From IMG/VR virus record IMGVR_UViG_2698536317_000003: a stretch of 56,811 nucleotides of DNA; one strand, written 5' to 3'. This stretch comes from a virus. Taxonomy: Duplodnaviria > Heunggongvirae > Uroviricota > Caudoviricetes. Below the pieces are notes generated by a model that saw nothing but the letters and a program-made list of their open reading frames with translations, was not told where the DNA came from and ran no database searches. How positions within the stretch are numbered: position 1 is the stretch's first letter; the number at the start of each line of letters is the position of its first letter. The position numbers and the translations under genes are program-made. Shown in pieces: positions 43,620 to 53,222 of this stretch.

Positions 43620-43631
43620 GATATTTATCCT

Positions 43632-43964
43632 TTATAGTGGGTGATGCCATTTCATTTCAGTTTCTGGATTGAACGGGTTTCCTTCACTTGAAAGGAATAA
43701 ATCACGCTCCCGTTTTAGCTCTTCCTGGCTTATTTCTATTTCATCAATCTGACCGAACGATCCAGGCATCATCCGTTTTAAATCAGATAGCGGGCGCATA
43801 AGGCCGCAACCACGTAACAACATGTCTAACGCGAACTGTCTCCGCCCTGCCGCATCATTAAAGCGCCGAGAATAAGGAACAACCACGATCCTGCGCTCGA
43901 ACTCAATAAATAGCGATAGCTTGTTAGTAGCTGAATCATAGCCTTTATGGAATTTAATTTTCAT
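43632..43964 (-). CDS. Hypothetical protein (110 aa)
   Basis: ORF in early-left block. Confidence 0.35.
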   Translation of the reverse strand: MKIKFHKGYDSATNKLSLFIEFERRIVVVPYSRRFNDAAGRRQFALDMLLRGCGLMRPLSDLKRMMPGSFGQIDEIEISQEELKRERDLFLSSEGNPFNPETEMKWHHPL

Positions 43965-44145
43965 TTAACACCTCGACGTATTGCTCAAGATGCCATTTAC
44001 CAACCTCGTCATCTTCCTCATCAAATAATGTTACCTGACCACCTGGCCCAAAAGAAAAGGCAGCTATAATAAATTTATACCCATACCACGTGCGGATCTT
44101 TTCGCCGCCTTTTAAATCTTTAACTTTCACTAATTTTATAGCCAT
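43954..44145 (-). CDS. Hypothetical protein (63 aa)
   Basis: ORF in early-left block. Confidence 0.3.
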   Translation of the reverse strand: MAIKLVKVKDLKGGEKIRTWYGYKFIIAAFSFGPGGQVTLFDEEDDEVGKWHLEQYVEVLNEN

Positions 44146-44411
44146 ACACCGAACATCCCATTCAGTCCGGCGAACAATTTCCGCCAGTGGTTTTCAGCAT
44201 AAGCCCGGAACGGCTTAACGCGAACATTGCGGGCCTTCAGTTCAATATCATCAAAGTAGCGCGGTTCGATGATTGTTCCGTCCAGGTATTTAACCACTAG
44301 CGGGCGCTCTAGATCGTCATACATCTTATTCAGTACAACCAGGCCAGGGTCATCACGATATTCAGGCAACACAACAAGATCACCAGCCTTTGCATCCCAT
44401 GTTTTCATCAC
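44136..44411 (-). CDS. Hypothetical protein (91 aa)
   Basis: ORF in early-left block. Confidence 0.35.
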   Translation of the reverse strand: MMKTWDAKAGDLVVLPEYRDDPGLVVLNKMYDDLERPLVVKYLDGTIIEPRYFDDIELKARNVRVKPFRAYAENHWRKLFAGLNGMFGVWL

Positions 44412-44645
44412 AGCAATCCTCTGAAAATAAAGCTAACCAGCGCAGCAAATGCGCCACAAGAAACAACCACAAACAGGAAGCAAATAATGCAAAACGCGAC
44501 AGTCACAATATCCTTACCGACTTTCATGATTGGCCTCACATGTTAGTAATGAGTTTAATGATCGCTACCGTGATATAAAGAGATACGCTGAGATACAGCA
44601 CGGCGATAGATAAAGCCGCAAGCAATGCGGCAATTTTTGCAAAGC

Positions 44646-44885
44646 TCATTTGCCACCCTCCGCAATTAACTTATCAAGCCATTTGTTATTAGCCAGCCGT
44701 TCTTTGTCACTACCAAAACTGTTTCTGCTTAGAAGCTCCTCTTTTGTTAATTGCGGCCACTTATCCGTCCACCCAGCCGACGTATCGAACTCATACAGAC
44801 CGCCGTCAAAAGTAACAAAGTCATCAGCCGTGTCAGGCACTTCTTTATCAACTTCTTTTTCTTCGATCATGATTTGATACCTCAT
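44646..44885 (-). CDS. Hypothetical acidic protein (79 aa)
   Basis: ORF in early-left block. Confidence 0.35.
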   Translation of the reverse strand: MRYQIMIEEKEVDKEVPDTADDFVTFDGGLYEFDTSAGWTDKWPQLTKEELLSRNSFGSDKERLANNKWLDKLIAEGGK

Positions 44886-45163
44886 TAATCGTTAATGACC
44901 TGGCCCATACGCCCGCGATATTTGCGCATACGTGGATCGACATATTCAGGCCAGTGCATATCCGGTTTTCTTTGCAGTGGGTAAAAACTTGCCTGCCAGT
45001 TGTCGAACCATATTTGTTTTGCGTACAGGTCACTAAATCTTTTTGCCATCCGTTCCGCTGCCGTGCCGCATAAAAAAAGCCCGCGATCGATTTGATCACG
45101 GGCTTCTTTTAATACTTGCTCTTTTGTTCGTGGTTGCGGTGGCGGTTTTAGATAATCACTCAT
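44885..45163 (-). CDS. Hypothetical protein (about 92 aa; start MSDYLKPP)
   Basis: ORF downstream of ssb. Confidence 0.35.
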   Translation of the reverse strand: MSDYLKPPPQPRTKEQVLKEARDQIDRGLFLCGTAAERMAKRFSDLYAKQIWFDNWQASFYPLQRKPDMHWPEYVDPRMRKYRGRMGQVIND

Positions 45164-45179
45164 CGCTAACACATTGATT

Positions 45180-45599
45180 CTAAAAAGGAATATCGTCGTC
45201 AAAGTCCATCGAAGGCGGATTATTCCCGTTATTATTCTGCTGCTGCGGCGGCGCTTTCTGCTGCTGTCCTTGCTGCTGGCCTTGTTGGTTAACATTCATG
45301 AATTCAAATTCGTTAACCGCCACTTCTACCGCAGTCCCCTTCGTGCCGTCGTTCCGGTCATATTGCCGAACATCCAGGCGACCGCTTACCACTATTTTTC
45401 CACCCTTACGGATATGTGGCGCTAATTTTTCCGCACGCTCGCCAAATATCAGGCAAGTGATCCACATTACCCGCTTATTATCACCGTAGCCATTCGTTAC
45501 AGCTAACGGAAAACTACCAATCGCTTTTCCGTTTTGCGTGTAGCGAACTTCCATATCATTCCCGATATTACCGCCCAGTGTGATTGAATTTAAGCTCAT
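45180..45599 (-). CDS. ssb: Single-stranded DNA-binding protein
   Basis: OB-fold-like N-terminus, Gln/Gly-rich linker, C-terminal DDDIPF tail. Confidence 0.9.
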   Translation of the reverse strand: MSLNSITLGGNIGNDMEVRYTQNGKAIGSFPLAVTNGYGDNKRVMWITCLIFGERAEKLAPHIRKGGKIVVSGRLDVRQYDRNDGTKGTAVEVAVNEFEFMNVNQQGQQQGQQQKAPPQQQNNNGNNPPSMDFDDDIPF

Positions 45600-46252
45600 T
45601 AACCGATCTCCCCGTTAAGCTCTTTTAAGCGAATGTCATAAACGTCTTTCGCTTTCTGTTGCTGTTCTGAATCTTTAGGCAGTAGTTTCCAGCACTTCCC
45701 GAAGATCTCGCGTAACTTGTTAGCGTCCTGCGCTTTCGCTGCCGCATCACAGAAACGCGCTAACACCTCATCAGGATTTGGCGGCGCTTTCTGCTGCTGT
45801 GGTTTCTGATTAGGTTGTTGTTTTGGTGGGGTTTTCTGCTGGCGAGGCTGCTGCCCTGTCTGCTTAGCGTATGCGTCAGTATCAGGATCTCGCGCATCGT
45901 CAATACAGAACAATCCGTTCAAAGCATATTTACGCGCGTAACTTGATGTTGCTCCTGTTAACTGGCTTGCGTCCATTCCCTTCTTGCTTTCTTCCTCCCT
46001 GGCGTAAGCCGTTACCGCTATCTCATTCTCACCGTCGCTTAGTGTCGCAGTGGCTTTCACATAATAGCGATTGCCGATCAGGATAATTTCATCACTTACA
46101 GTCAGCGTAATACTTTGAAGCAGTGGTTTGACCGCTTCTAAAATATCCTCCGCCGACCTGTAATTGTATCCGCCGAAATTATTACGCTGATTTTTCGGCG
46201 CGTTCAGCGTTTGCTGAATCGTCCACAGTTTTTTATGTAACTCTGTTTTCAC
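45599..46252 (-). CDS. Erf-family single-strand annealing recombinase
   Basis: GYNYRSAEDILEAV-type N-terminal region; adjacent to ssb. Confidence 0.75.
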   Translation of the reverse strand: MKTELHKKLWTIQQTLNAPKNQRNNFGGYNYRSAEDILEAVKPLLQSITLTVSDEIILIGNRYYVKATATLSDGENEIAVTAYAREEESKKGMDASQLTGATSSYARKYALNGLFCIDDARDPDTDAYAKQTGQQPRQQKTPPKQQPNQKPQQQKAPPNPDEVLARFCDAAAKAQDANKLREIFGKCWKLLPKDSEQQQKAKDVYDIRLKELNGEIG

Positions 46253-46401
46253 TCTTTAATCTCCTTCGCTGTTAACACTATGTATAAGGCTTTATTCGCG
46301 GCGCTCCACATTTCGGCATCGTGAAGCATTTCCGCTACCGCAAGTTTGAATTGAAGCGCCTCGATAACCATAATGTAACCTCCGAATGTTTACATTTTGT
46401 A

Positions 46402-46692
46402 TTAATGGTAACGGACTTTATCCAGGGGTTTCCCCCCTAAATGGCGTGGTTGCGTTGCGTGGTAGTAGCTGCCGCTTTCATTTTCCGTATACCATTTTAC
46501 TGATCCTTTGCGACGTTCTTTAATGCTATTTGGTTTGCACCTTTCCTCGTTTGCAAATCGAATAGCTTTATCCACATTGTCTGTTTTATTAATTGCAGGT
46601 GATGATTTTCTTTCGTTTTCTCTTTTTATCCTTCTGCGTTCCCTGGCGTTCATTTTGCTATCACATTTTCCATACATAATTGTAACGCTCAT
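46402..46692 (-). CDS. Arginine-rich N-like putative antitermination protein
   Basis: First gene of leftward operon; N-terminal ARM-like NARERRRIKRENERK; GGAG RBS; downstream of nut-like site. Confidence 0.4.
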   Translation of the reverse strand: MSVTIMYGKCDSKMNARERRRIKRENERKSSPAINKTDNVDKAIRFANEERCKPNSIKERRKGSVKWYTENESGSYYHATQPRHLGGKPLDKVRYH

Positions 46693-46748
46693 AATCTGAT
46701 CTCCGTATATCCTTGATGAAACTTAATAAAAAATCATCTTCGTTAATT

Positions 46749-46786
46749 GCCGCACTTCCAGCGGCTGACCAGATTTTTAATGAGCG
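46749..46786 (-). promoter_or_regulatory. nutL-like site (boxA CGCTCATTAAAAAT plus boxB-like hairpin)
   Basis: Minus-strand reading CGCTCATTAAAAATCTGGTCA-GCCGC-TGGAAGT-GCGGC. Confidence 0.4.
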
Positions 46787-47041
46787 GCTTAACATCTTTC
46801 AACTAATCCCGCAATCATCGCCGTTCCCGGCGTGACCTTGCTCACTCCAAGCAAGCTGACTCGTCGCCTTGCGTGCGGTTTCGTGGGGGATGTAACGCTT
46901 TAAACACCCCATGCGCCTTGTTATCAGTGCCGCTTTCGGTCCCCCCATTGGGGAGTTACTCCACGGTTGACAAGGTGTTAAGCCTGATTTTTAAAGTGCC
47001 AGGAAGCCGCTTTTGTTACCTGCGCCCTTCCTTTGACTCGC

Positions 47042-47070
47042 AATATACGCCCCGTAAAACACCGAGTCAA
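47042..47070 (-). promoter_or_regulatory. Sigma70-like leftward early promoter (pL-like)
   Basis: Minus strand TTGACT-17 nt-TATATT; flanked by 9-bp inverted repeat TTGACTCG/CGAGTCAA and a CCATTTTGTATAC motif. Confidence 0.5.
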
Positions 47071-47160
47071 TCCATTTTGTATACTTTTTTAAAACATTTT
47101 ATATGTTATTGATATTTAAACAATAAATAACGTTTTCTGTTTACGTTTTGGTGCTTTCAT

Positions 47161-47188
47161 GGCAAAGAAAAGCCGCCATCCGGCGGCT
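47161..47188 (-). terminator. Rho-independent terminator downstream of repressor gene
   Basis: AGCCGCC-GGAT-GGCGGCT hairpin followed by TTTCTTTGCC on minus strand. Confidence 0.55.
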
Positions 47189-47193
47189 AATGT

Positions 47194-47841
47194 TTATGGC
47201 AGGTTTACGATCTTCGCATCAACTACCACGCCTATGATTTTTGATTCTGGATTCATAGGGATTGGCGGATACAGCGGATTGAGCGAACGTAAAAGCCTTT
47301 GACCTCCATCAATAATCAACTGTTTAAACGTCGGTATCTGCCCTTCCTCAAGCTGGGCTATAACCAGTTTGCCGTCAATAGCTGGCGCGTGCGGGTCCAC
47401 GAGTATCATCGTCCCCGCCGGGATGCTCAACCCCTGCGGCGCGTTCATTGATTCACCTTTGGCAACCAGCCAGTAACTATCATCTGAACAAATAACGCTA
47501 GTCGTAACGTGTGGTAATGCTGATCGCCTTGTGTCATCCATATTGTTTACTGTATCCTTCCAGTCAATAACCGGGTAACTACCTAAATCACGCGGCGGTG
47601 CGGCCTGAAGTGTATTAGAAACAGAATCATCAATGACCATACCATCATGTGTAACAGTGAACTGCCGACGACCAAGCGCCCGCATAATCCGCGCAATATC
47701 TTCAAGATTTGGCTCGCGGCGACCGTTCAGCCAGTGTGACAGGCCGCCTTTAGTTATCCCCATGAGATCTGCGAGTGAATCCTGACTCATGCCCTGCGCC
47801 CGCATGAGCTGCTTTGCTAAGTCATACCATTTTGTTTTCAT
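47194..47841 (-). CDS. CI-like repressor (HTH_XRE N-terminus, LexA/S24 peptidase-like C-terminus)
   Basis: N-terminal HTH (SQDSLADLMGITKGGLSHWLNG) and C-terminal GESM...K autocleavage-type domain. Confidence 0.85.
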   Translation of the reverse strand: MKTKWYDLAKQLMRAQGMSQDSLADLMGITKGGLSHWLNGRREPNLEDIARIMRALGRRQFTVTHDGMVIDDSVSNTLQAAPPRDLGSYPVIDWKDTVNNMDDTRRSALPHVTTSVICSDDSYWLVAKGESMNAPQGLSIPAGTMILVDPHAPAIDGKLVIAQLEEGQIPTFKQLIIDGGQRLLRSLNPLYPPIPMNPESKIIGVVVDAKIVNLP

Positions 47842-48146
47842 GTCGCTACCCTATAACCTCAAAAAGTTTGATGCAAGTCACAAAACGTGTATTTTAAGCC
47901 TTGATCTTAAAATTCCATTTTGTAAACTTGCAGACAAGGTAAGGCCATACTTGCAAAGACGCAAGGAAAAAGATAACGGAAGGCACAAAAAGGCACATAC
48001 CTTAAGCTCTTTAAAAATCCGGTGTCGCTGCGAAGCGAAAAACAAATATCACGCAACGGCGGGATCTGTTGAGCGGTCAGTCACTGCTATCTAATGCTAA
48101 TGGGATGCCCGCCCGCGCGTTCATTTTAACCATAGGAGAAAATACA
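47842..48146. promoter_or_regulatory. Divergent immunity control region (OR-like) with nutR-like element
   Basis: CTTGCA-type palindromes, CCATTTTGTAAAC motif (47915-47927), boxA-like GCTCTTTAAAAAT with GNRA hairpin TCGCT-GCGA-AGCGA (48001-48029). Confidence 0.4.
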
Positions 48147-48401
48147 ATGAGCATGAACATGATTAGCGAAGTATGGAAAGTAAAACTTAACAGCCCGATT
48201 CAAAAACTGGTCTTAATGGCTCTGGCTGAAAAGGCAGATAACCGCCGTCACGTCATGGTATCACGACAAGAAATTGCAAAAATGTGTGAACTTCCTGTTC
48301 ATACGGTACATGATGCCTTCGCCGCGTTAATGCATAAAGGGTTTGTTTGTCGTCTTGATGCGTTCAGTGATGTCTATGTAGTGATGTTACCGGAGGAATG
48401 A
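48147..48401 (+). CDS. First rightward early gene; small HTH regulator (Cro/CII-position)
   Basis: AGGAG RBS; 84 aa; stop 3 nt before replication gene start. Confidence 0.4.
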   Translation: MSMNMISEVWKVKLNSPIQKLVLMALAEKADNRRHVMVSRQEIAKMCELPVHTVHDAFAALMHKGFVCRLDAFSDVYVVMLPEE

Positions 48402-48404
48402 TCT

Positions 48405-49451
48405 ATGAAGTGGTTTAAGCATGATAGCGATGCGAACCGCGATGAAAAACTTCAAAACGTCTTGCTTGATTATGGCCTGGAAGGGTACGGGCTTTATTGG
48501 TATTGCCTCGAACTAATAACTTATGACGTAGATCAGCACAATCTAACTTTTGACCTACGACATGACGCGAGAATCATTGCGCGAAACGTCGGATCGACTG
48601 AAAAACGTATAGAAGAAATGATGAAATACTTCATCGAAATTGGTTTGTTTGAATGTTCTCAAGGCCACATAACTTGTTTAAAGTTATTGAAAAGGCTGGA
48701 CCAATCAATGACTTCTAAAAGCGCATACAGGGCAGCCATAAACACAGCGAAGGAGCAATTAAAATTAGAAAAGTTAATCAATCCAACACAAAAAGGTCAT
48801 GATAGGGTCATGACCGGGTCAGGAAAGGGTCATGAATTAGAATTAGAAGTAGAAGAAGAAAGAGAAGAAGAAAAGAAAAATATAAAAAGAAAAGAAGTCA
48901 ATCAGGACGGTGATTTCCAGGTAAGCGAGGCGGCTTATCGTTGCTTAGCCTTCTACAACGACAAGGCTGGATGCAAATGTCGTGATGCTAAGCCATTCAT
49001 CGAACTACTGACAGAAACAAAAACACGTAAAGCGTATACGGAGGATGAGATCACATTAGTGATTGAGTGGGCTTTAACGCAATGGCGTAGCCGTGGCGGA
49101 ACACCTAAACCTATCAACATTTGCCGGGTAACTAAATTTGACGGGTATCTTGCTGATGCTGAACAATGGCGCAATCTGTCAGTTACTGTAAACGCTGCCG
49201 ATGTGGTAAATGAGTTTAACATCACGTTTGATGGCCTGTTGCCACCTGCTGAACTGGATCGGGATCTTGAACGTAAAATATATGCGTTCACTGACTACCT
49301 GAAAGACAAAAGCATTAACGGATTTATCGCCTACTTTGAAGCATTCAAGAGCAAGGCTTCAGACTTTTACTTCGGCGATGGCTTCACAGCGACACTTGAT
49401 TTCCTGCTTAAACCAAAAACGCTACGCGATACACGCGCAGGCGCTCTTTGA
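48405..49451 (+). CDS. Phage replisome organiser / replication initiation protein (DUF4373-like N-terminus)
   Basis: N-terminal MKWFKHDSDANRDEKL...GLEGYGLYWYCLE signature; acidic linker. Confidence 0.6.
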   Translation: MKWFKHDSDANRDEKLQNVLLDYGLEGYGLYWYCLELITYDVDQHNLTFDLRHDARIIARNVGSTEKRIEEMMKYFIEIGLFECSQGHITCLKLLKRLDQSMTSKSAYRAAINTAKEQLKLEKLINPTQKGHDRVMTGSGKGHELELEVEEEREEEKKNIKRKEVNQDGDFQVSEAAYRCLAFYNDKAGCKCRDAKPFIELLTETKTRKAYTEDEITLVIEWALTQWRSRGGTPKPINICRVTKFDGYLADAEQWRNLSVTVNAADVVNEFNITFDGLLPPAELDRDLERKIYAFTDYLKDKSINGFIAYFEAFKSKASDFYFGDGFTATLDFLLKPKTLRDTRAGAL

Positions 49452-49818
49452 CCAACCACGATCCACAAAAACCCAAAATAACCCGCAAAACAAGCTCGCC
49501 AGCGAGATAAATCGCATGTGGTGCTACACTTGCTTACCTTTTTGCGATTAGCTCGTTATAGAGCGTTACAGAGAGGATTTCAAAAATGGACGGTAAACAC
49601 GTTTTTGCCCTGGTCTTTGCCATCGCTGCGGCAATCGCTGTTAACGTCGCTTTGTTCGGCGGTTTGTTCCTTCTAGTCAATCCATAACCTACCCACCATT
49701 CTGTAAATCAAAAATTAGCCACCTGAGAGCGTCTATAACGCAATAAGACACTGCAACCTGTGCAAACGGGTTACGCGGTGGAATTTTGCGTTGTAGAGCG
49801 TTTTACGGAGAAAATACA

Positions 49819-50559
49819 ATGTCTGATTTAATGGTTTTTGATGTCGATAGCGAAGTATTAATGATTTCATCGCGTGAAATAGCAGAAGCAACAGGCAAGG
49901 ATCATTCTTCTGTGGTTGTGCGTGATATTAAAAACATGCTGATCGATTTAGGGTTTACTGAGCATGATTTTTATCCTGCAAAAATGCAGGATTATGAATT
50001 TATAGGGTTTTTGTTTAAGTACAAGCACTACAACGGTCGCAACGTCATTGATGAGGTTTTGCTAAATAAAGAGCTAACAATGTGCTTGATCACTGGCTAT
50101 GACGTTAAGCAACGCATGAAGGTAATTAAACGCGTTAAAGAGTTGGAGGAGGCGCAACACAAACTAGCTTTGCCGGATTTCACTGATCCGGTTGCGGCAG
50201 CCCGCGCATGGGCGGATGAGGTAGAGCAAAAATTATTAGTTAAGCAAGAAAATGAACGGCTTACACTGGTTAACAAACAGCTTGCGCCAAAAGCTGCTGT
50301 ATGTGACGCGATAGTCAAAAACGATATGCACCGCACGGCTTCAGAGGTAGCTAAACCGCTGGGAATGTCAGCCGTAAAATTAAACAGAAAACTTTCGGCG
50401 GTTGGTGTTTATGATCTTCGCTGTCGCCGCCGTGTATTCAGTCAGTGGTTTATTGATGAGGGCTACGGTGAAATGAGGGTAACTCACGATGGATATGAGC
50501 AGGCTGTATTCACTGCTAAAGGACAAGTATGGATTACTGAGCTTTTAACTTGTAACTAA
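49819..50559 (+). CDS. Antirepressor (Rha-like N-terminus, KilAC-like C-terminus)
   Basis: About 246-aa ORF with recalled Rha/KilAC-type sequence features. Confidence 0.6.
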   Translation: MSDLMVFDVDSEVLMISSREIAEATGKDHSSVVVRDIKNMLIDLGFTEHDFYPAKMQDYEFIGFLFKYKHYNGRNVIDEVLLNKELTMCLITGYDVKQRMKVIKRVKELEEAQHKLALPDFTDPVAAARAWADEVEQKLLVKQENERLTLVNKQLAPKAAVCDAIVKNDMHRTASEVAKPLGMSAVKLNRKLSAVGVYDLRCRRRVFSQWFIDEGYGEMRVTHDGYEQAVFTAKGQVWITELLTCN

Positions 50560-50593
50560 GTATACAATTTGTTATTCGTGAGGAAATGACACT

Positions 50594-51712
50594 ATGTCAC
50601 AAAGAAAAATCAGCGATGAGCAATTGATCGCTGAATATAACAACGGTTTAACGTACAAGCAGATCGCTGAAAAATATGGCATGTCAAAACGCAACGTCGA
50701 GCGGCTAGGCGCAAAACTGGCGAAACGCGGTTTAATATCCACGCGTCGCGCACCGGGTTTTGGCGTCAATGCTGAGTCATTGCTCGTCGATAAGGATGGC
50801 AATGTGATCATGCGCTGGATTAAAACAGCCCGTGACCGCGACGAAATGGAACAGTTAATGGAAGCGGCCCGCGACGCTTTCACGGATGAAATACCACGCG
50901 CGGAGGCTGTGCCAGTGCCTGAAATTGATTTTCAAAAAAGCCTAGCCCTTTATCCGGTGTTTGATCTGCATATCGGGGCGCTTGCTCATAAAGCTGAATG
51001 CGGCGAGAGCTACGACACTGGGATCGCTGAGCGCGTGTTGAATGACTTCTTTGACTACGCTGTTGGCGCTGCTCCGATGTCTGAAAAAGCCGTACTGCTC
51101 CTCGGTGGCGATCTGCTTCATTCTGACGGTATGGTCCCGGTGACGCCAATAAGTGGGCACATTCTTGATCAAGATAGTCGCTACGCAAAACTTGTTTATG
51201 TGGCGATCCGGTCTGTCCGGCGGGCGGTAGGTAAAATGTTGTTAAATCATAAGGATGTTGAAATCCAGGTGTTATCAGGCAATCACGATCAGTCTGGTAT
51301 GATTTGGCTACGTGCGGCGCTGGCGGCTTTTTACGAAGATGAACCGCGCGTGACGGTTGATGTGTCACCTGCTATCGTCCACCACACGCAGTACGGTAAA
51401 ACATTTCTTGCTTACCACCACGGGCACACTATCAAAAAGCCAGAGAATTTATTGGCTGCTTGCATCTCTGACTGGCGGGATGATTTCGGGAAGTCAGTTG
51501 CTGTTTACGCCCACTGCGGGCACTGGCATCATCAACGGCTGATTGAATCATCGTTGGGCGTTGTTGAGTATCACGGCACGTTAGCCGGTAAAGACGCTTA
51601 CTCAACTAATGGCGGCTGGCGGTCACGTCGTATGGCGGCGGTGATTATTTACAGCCAGGATCATGGGGAGATCGGGCGCTTTGTTTATTACCCTGAATAC
51701 TCCATTTTGTAA
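50594..51712 (+). CDS. HTH-domain protein fused to calcineurin-like metallophosphoesterase domain
   Basis: N-terminal HTH (LTYKQIAEKYGMSKRNVERL); phosphoesterase motifs DLHIG, GGDLLHSDG, GNHDQ, GHWHH. Confidence 0.55.
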   Translation: MSQRKISDEQLIAEYNNGLTYKQIAEKYGMSKRNVERLGAKLAKRGLISTRRAPGFGVNAESLLVDKDGNVIMRWIKTARDRDEMEQLMEAARDAFTDEIPRAEAVPVPEIDFQKSLALYPVFDLHIGALAHKAECGESYDTGIAERVLNDFFDYAVGAAPMSEKAVLLLGGDLLHSDGMVPVTPISGHILDQDSRYAKLVYVAIRSVRRAVGKMLLNHKDVEIQVLSGNHDQSGMIWLRAALAAFYEDEPRVTVDVSPAIVHHTQYGKTFLAYHHGHTIKKPENLLAACISDWRDDFGKSVAVYAHCGHWHHQRLIESSLGVVEYHGTLAGKDAYSTNGGWRSRRMAAVIIYSQDHGEIGRFVYYPEYSIL

Positions 51713-51730
51713 ACCGGAGGTAATGACATA

Positions 51731-53146
51731 ATGGTAACTGAGCAAATGAACTCACTACGGCAGGAACGTGAAGCGTCAGTTATCGGCGGGCTGCTGTTAG
51801 GCGGCCTAACTCCTAACGCACAAGATGTTCTCGCCACTCTTGATCCTGAAGTGTTCACGATTCCGCTGTATAAACGTGCGTTTGAAGTTATCCGGGCGCA
51901 AGCCAGAAACAGAAATCTTATCGACGCGTTATTGGTTGGCGATGAGATTGGCAATGAAAACTTTGTACCGCTAATGCAAACGGCGCGATCGTGCCCGTCT
52001 GCTGCCAACCTGAAGGGATACGCACAGCTACTACGTGAAGAGCACCAGCGGCGGCAGATGTTGGAACTCATCGACGATATGCGCTACAAACTGGAAACGG
52101 GGACGCTTGAGGTCGTCAAAGAGACGATGAAAGACTTTGATTCCCGGTATTCAAAATTGAAGGTAACGAAAGACAAGATCATTCCGGTGTTGTTGCGCGA
52201 TGCGGTACAGGAATACACGGAGGTGTTAAGCAAACGCATGGAATGCGGTGTCAATTCTGACAACATCAAAACAGGGATAGAACCACTCGACGAAATGTTA
52301 GGCGGCATTAACGCTACTGATCTGGTGCTTCTCGCCGGGCGCCCTGGGTCTGGTAAATCTGCGTTGGCGCTGGCAATTGCCCGCGCTGCTGCTGAACGCC
52401 CTTACCCTGGCAGCAAGGATCAGCGGGTTGGCGTTTTGTTCTTCACGCTTGAAATGTCACTCGATCAGATGACTGAACGCGCTATAGCTGGCGCTGGTAA
52501 TTTATCAACCGACTGTCTGCGTAATCCGGTAAAACTTGATGATGAGGGGTGGGCGCATGTTGGTCAGGGTATGAGCGCACTTGCTAATCTTGACGTGTGG
52601 ATCGTTGACGCATCGCAGTTAACGGTTGAGGAAATACGCGCCACAACGGAACGGATGAAACAGGAGCATCCCAACCTGGGTATGGTAATGATTGACTACA
52701 TCGGGTTGATGAAGCTGGCTAAGGCTGAACGTCATGATCTCGCCGTAGGGCAATTATCATGGTCGTTGAAGATGATGGCGAAAGAATTGCGCGTACCGGT
52801 GTTGGCGCTGGCGCAATTATCCCGCCGCGTTGAGGAACGACCGAACAAGCGTCCTAACAATTCTGATCTGCGCGATTCCGGTAATCTTGAGCAGGACGCT
52901 GACAGGATAATCATGGTATACCGCGATGGCTACTACGATGAGCAGTCTGTAGCCCGCGAATATATGGAAATCATTGTATCTAAAAACCGTCACGGCAAAT
53001 CTGGCACTGTTTACCAGCGGTTTGATGACAACGGCAATATCTTACCATGCGACCAGGCCCGCGCGGCTGCGGCGTGTATTCAGTCTATGAATCATCGTAC
53101 AAGCAGATTTAACCAACGAAACAACCAGAATAACGCATCCTTTTAA
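51731..53146 (+). CDS. Replicative DNA helicase (DnaB-like)
   Basis: Walker A GRPGSGKS, SDLRDSG and RecA-fold motifs; 471 aa. Confidence 0.9.
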   Translation: MVTEQMNSLRQEREASVIGGLLLGGLTPNAQDVLATLDPEVFTIPLYKRAFEVIRAQARNRNLIDALLVGDEIGNENFVPLMQTARSCPSAANLKGYAQLLREEHQRRQMLELIDDMRYKLETGTLEVVKETMKDFDSRYSKLKVTKDKIIPVLLRDAVQEYTEVLSKRMECGVNSDNIKTGIEPLDEMLGGINATDLVLLAGRPGSGKSALALAIARAAAERPYPGSKDQRVGVLFFTLEMSLDQMTERAIAGAGNLSTDCLRNPVKLDDEGWAHVGQGMSALANLDVWIVDASQLTVEEIRATTERMKQEHPNLGMVMIDYIGLMKLAKAERHDLAVGQLSWSLKMMAKELRVPVLALAQLSRRVEERPNKRPNNSDLRDSGNLEQDADRIIMVYRDGYYDEQSVAREYMEIIVSKNRHGKSGTVYQRFDDNGNILPCDQARAAAACIQSMNHRTSRFNQRNNQNNASF

Positions 53147-53222
53147 TCAATATGAGCAAACGGCTTACCAGAAAGTTTACCGCTTTCTGGTGGCTGTTAT
53201 CGCGTTTAAAGCGAGGCTGAAA

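Noticed and set aside
46800-47040. Possible tRNA or structured sRNA gene in the GC-rich hairpin-dense region between the repressor terminator and the nut-like site
   Set aside because: No cloverleaf with a T-loop GTTCGAATC-type motif could be recognised by eye. The region is better explained as the structured leader of the leftward early transcript, though an sRNA cannot be excluded without folding and covariance analysis.
47789-48094. 101-aa plus-strand ORF overlapping the start of the repressor gene and the OR-like region
   Set aside because: Antisense to the N-terminus of a strongly supported repressor and spanning operator/promoter DNA; no RBS. A small Cro-like gene here cannot be fully excluded.
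50880-51368. 162-aa minus-strand ORF inside the HTH-metallophosphoesterase gene
   Set aside because: Antisense shadow ORF with Arg/Gln/Pro-rich composition; the plus-strand gene has conserved catalytic motifs.
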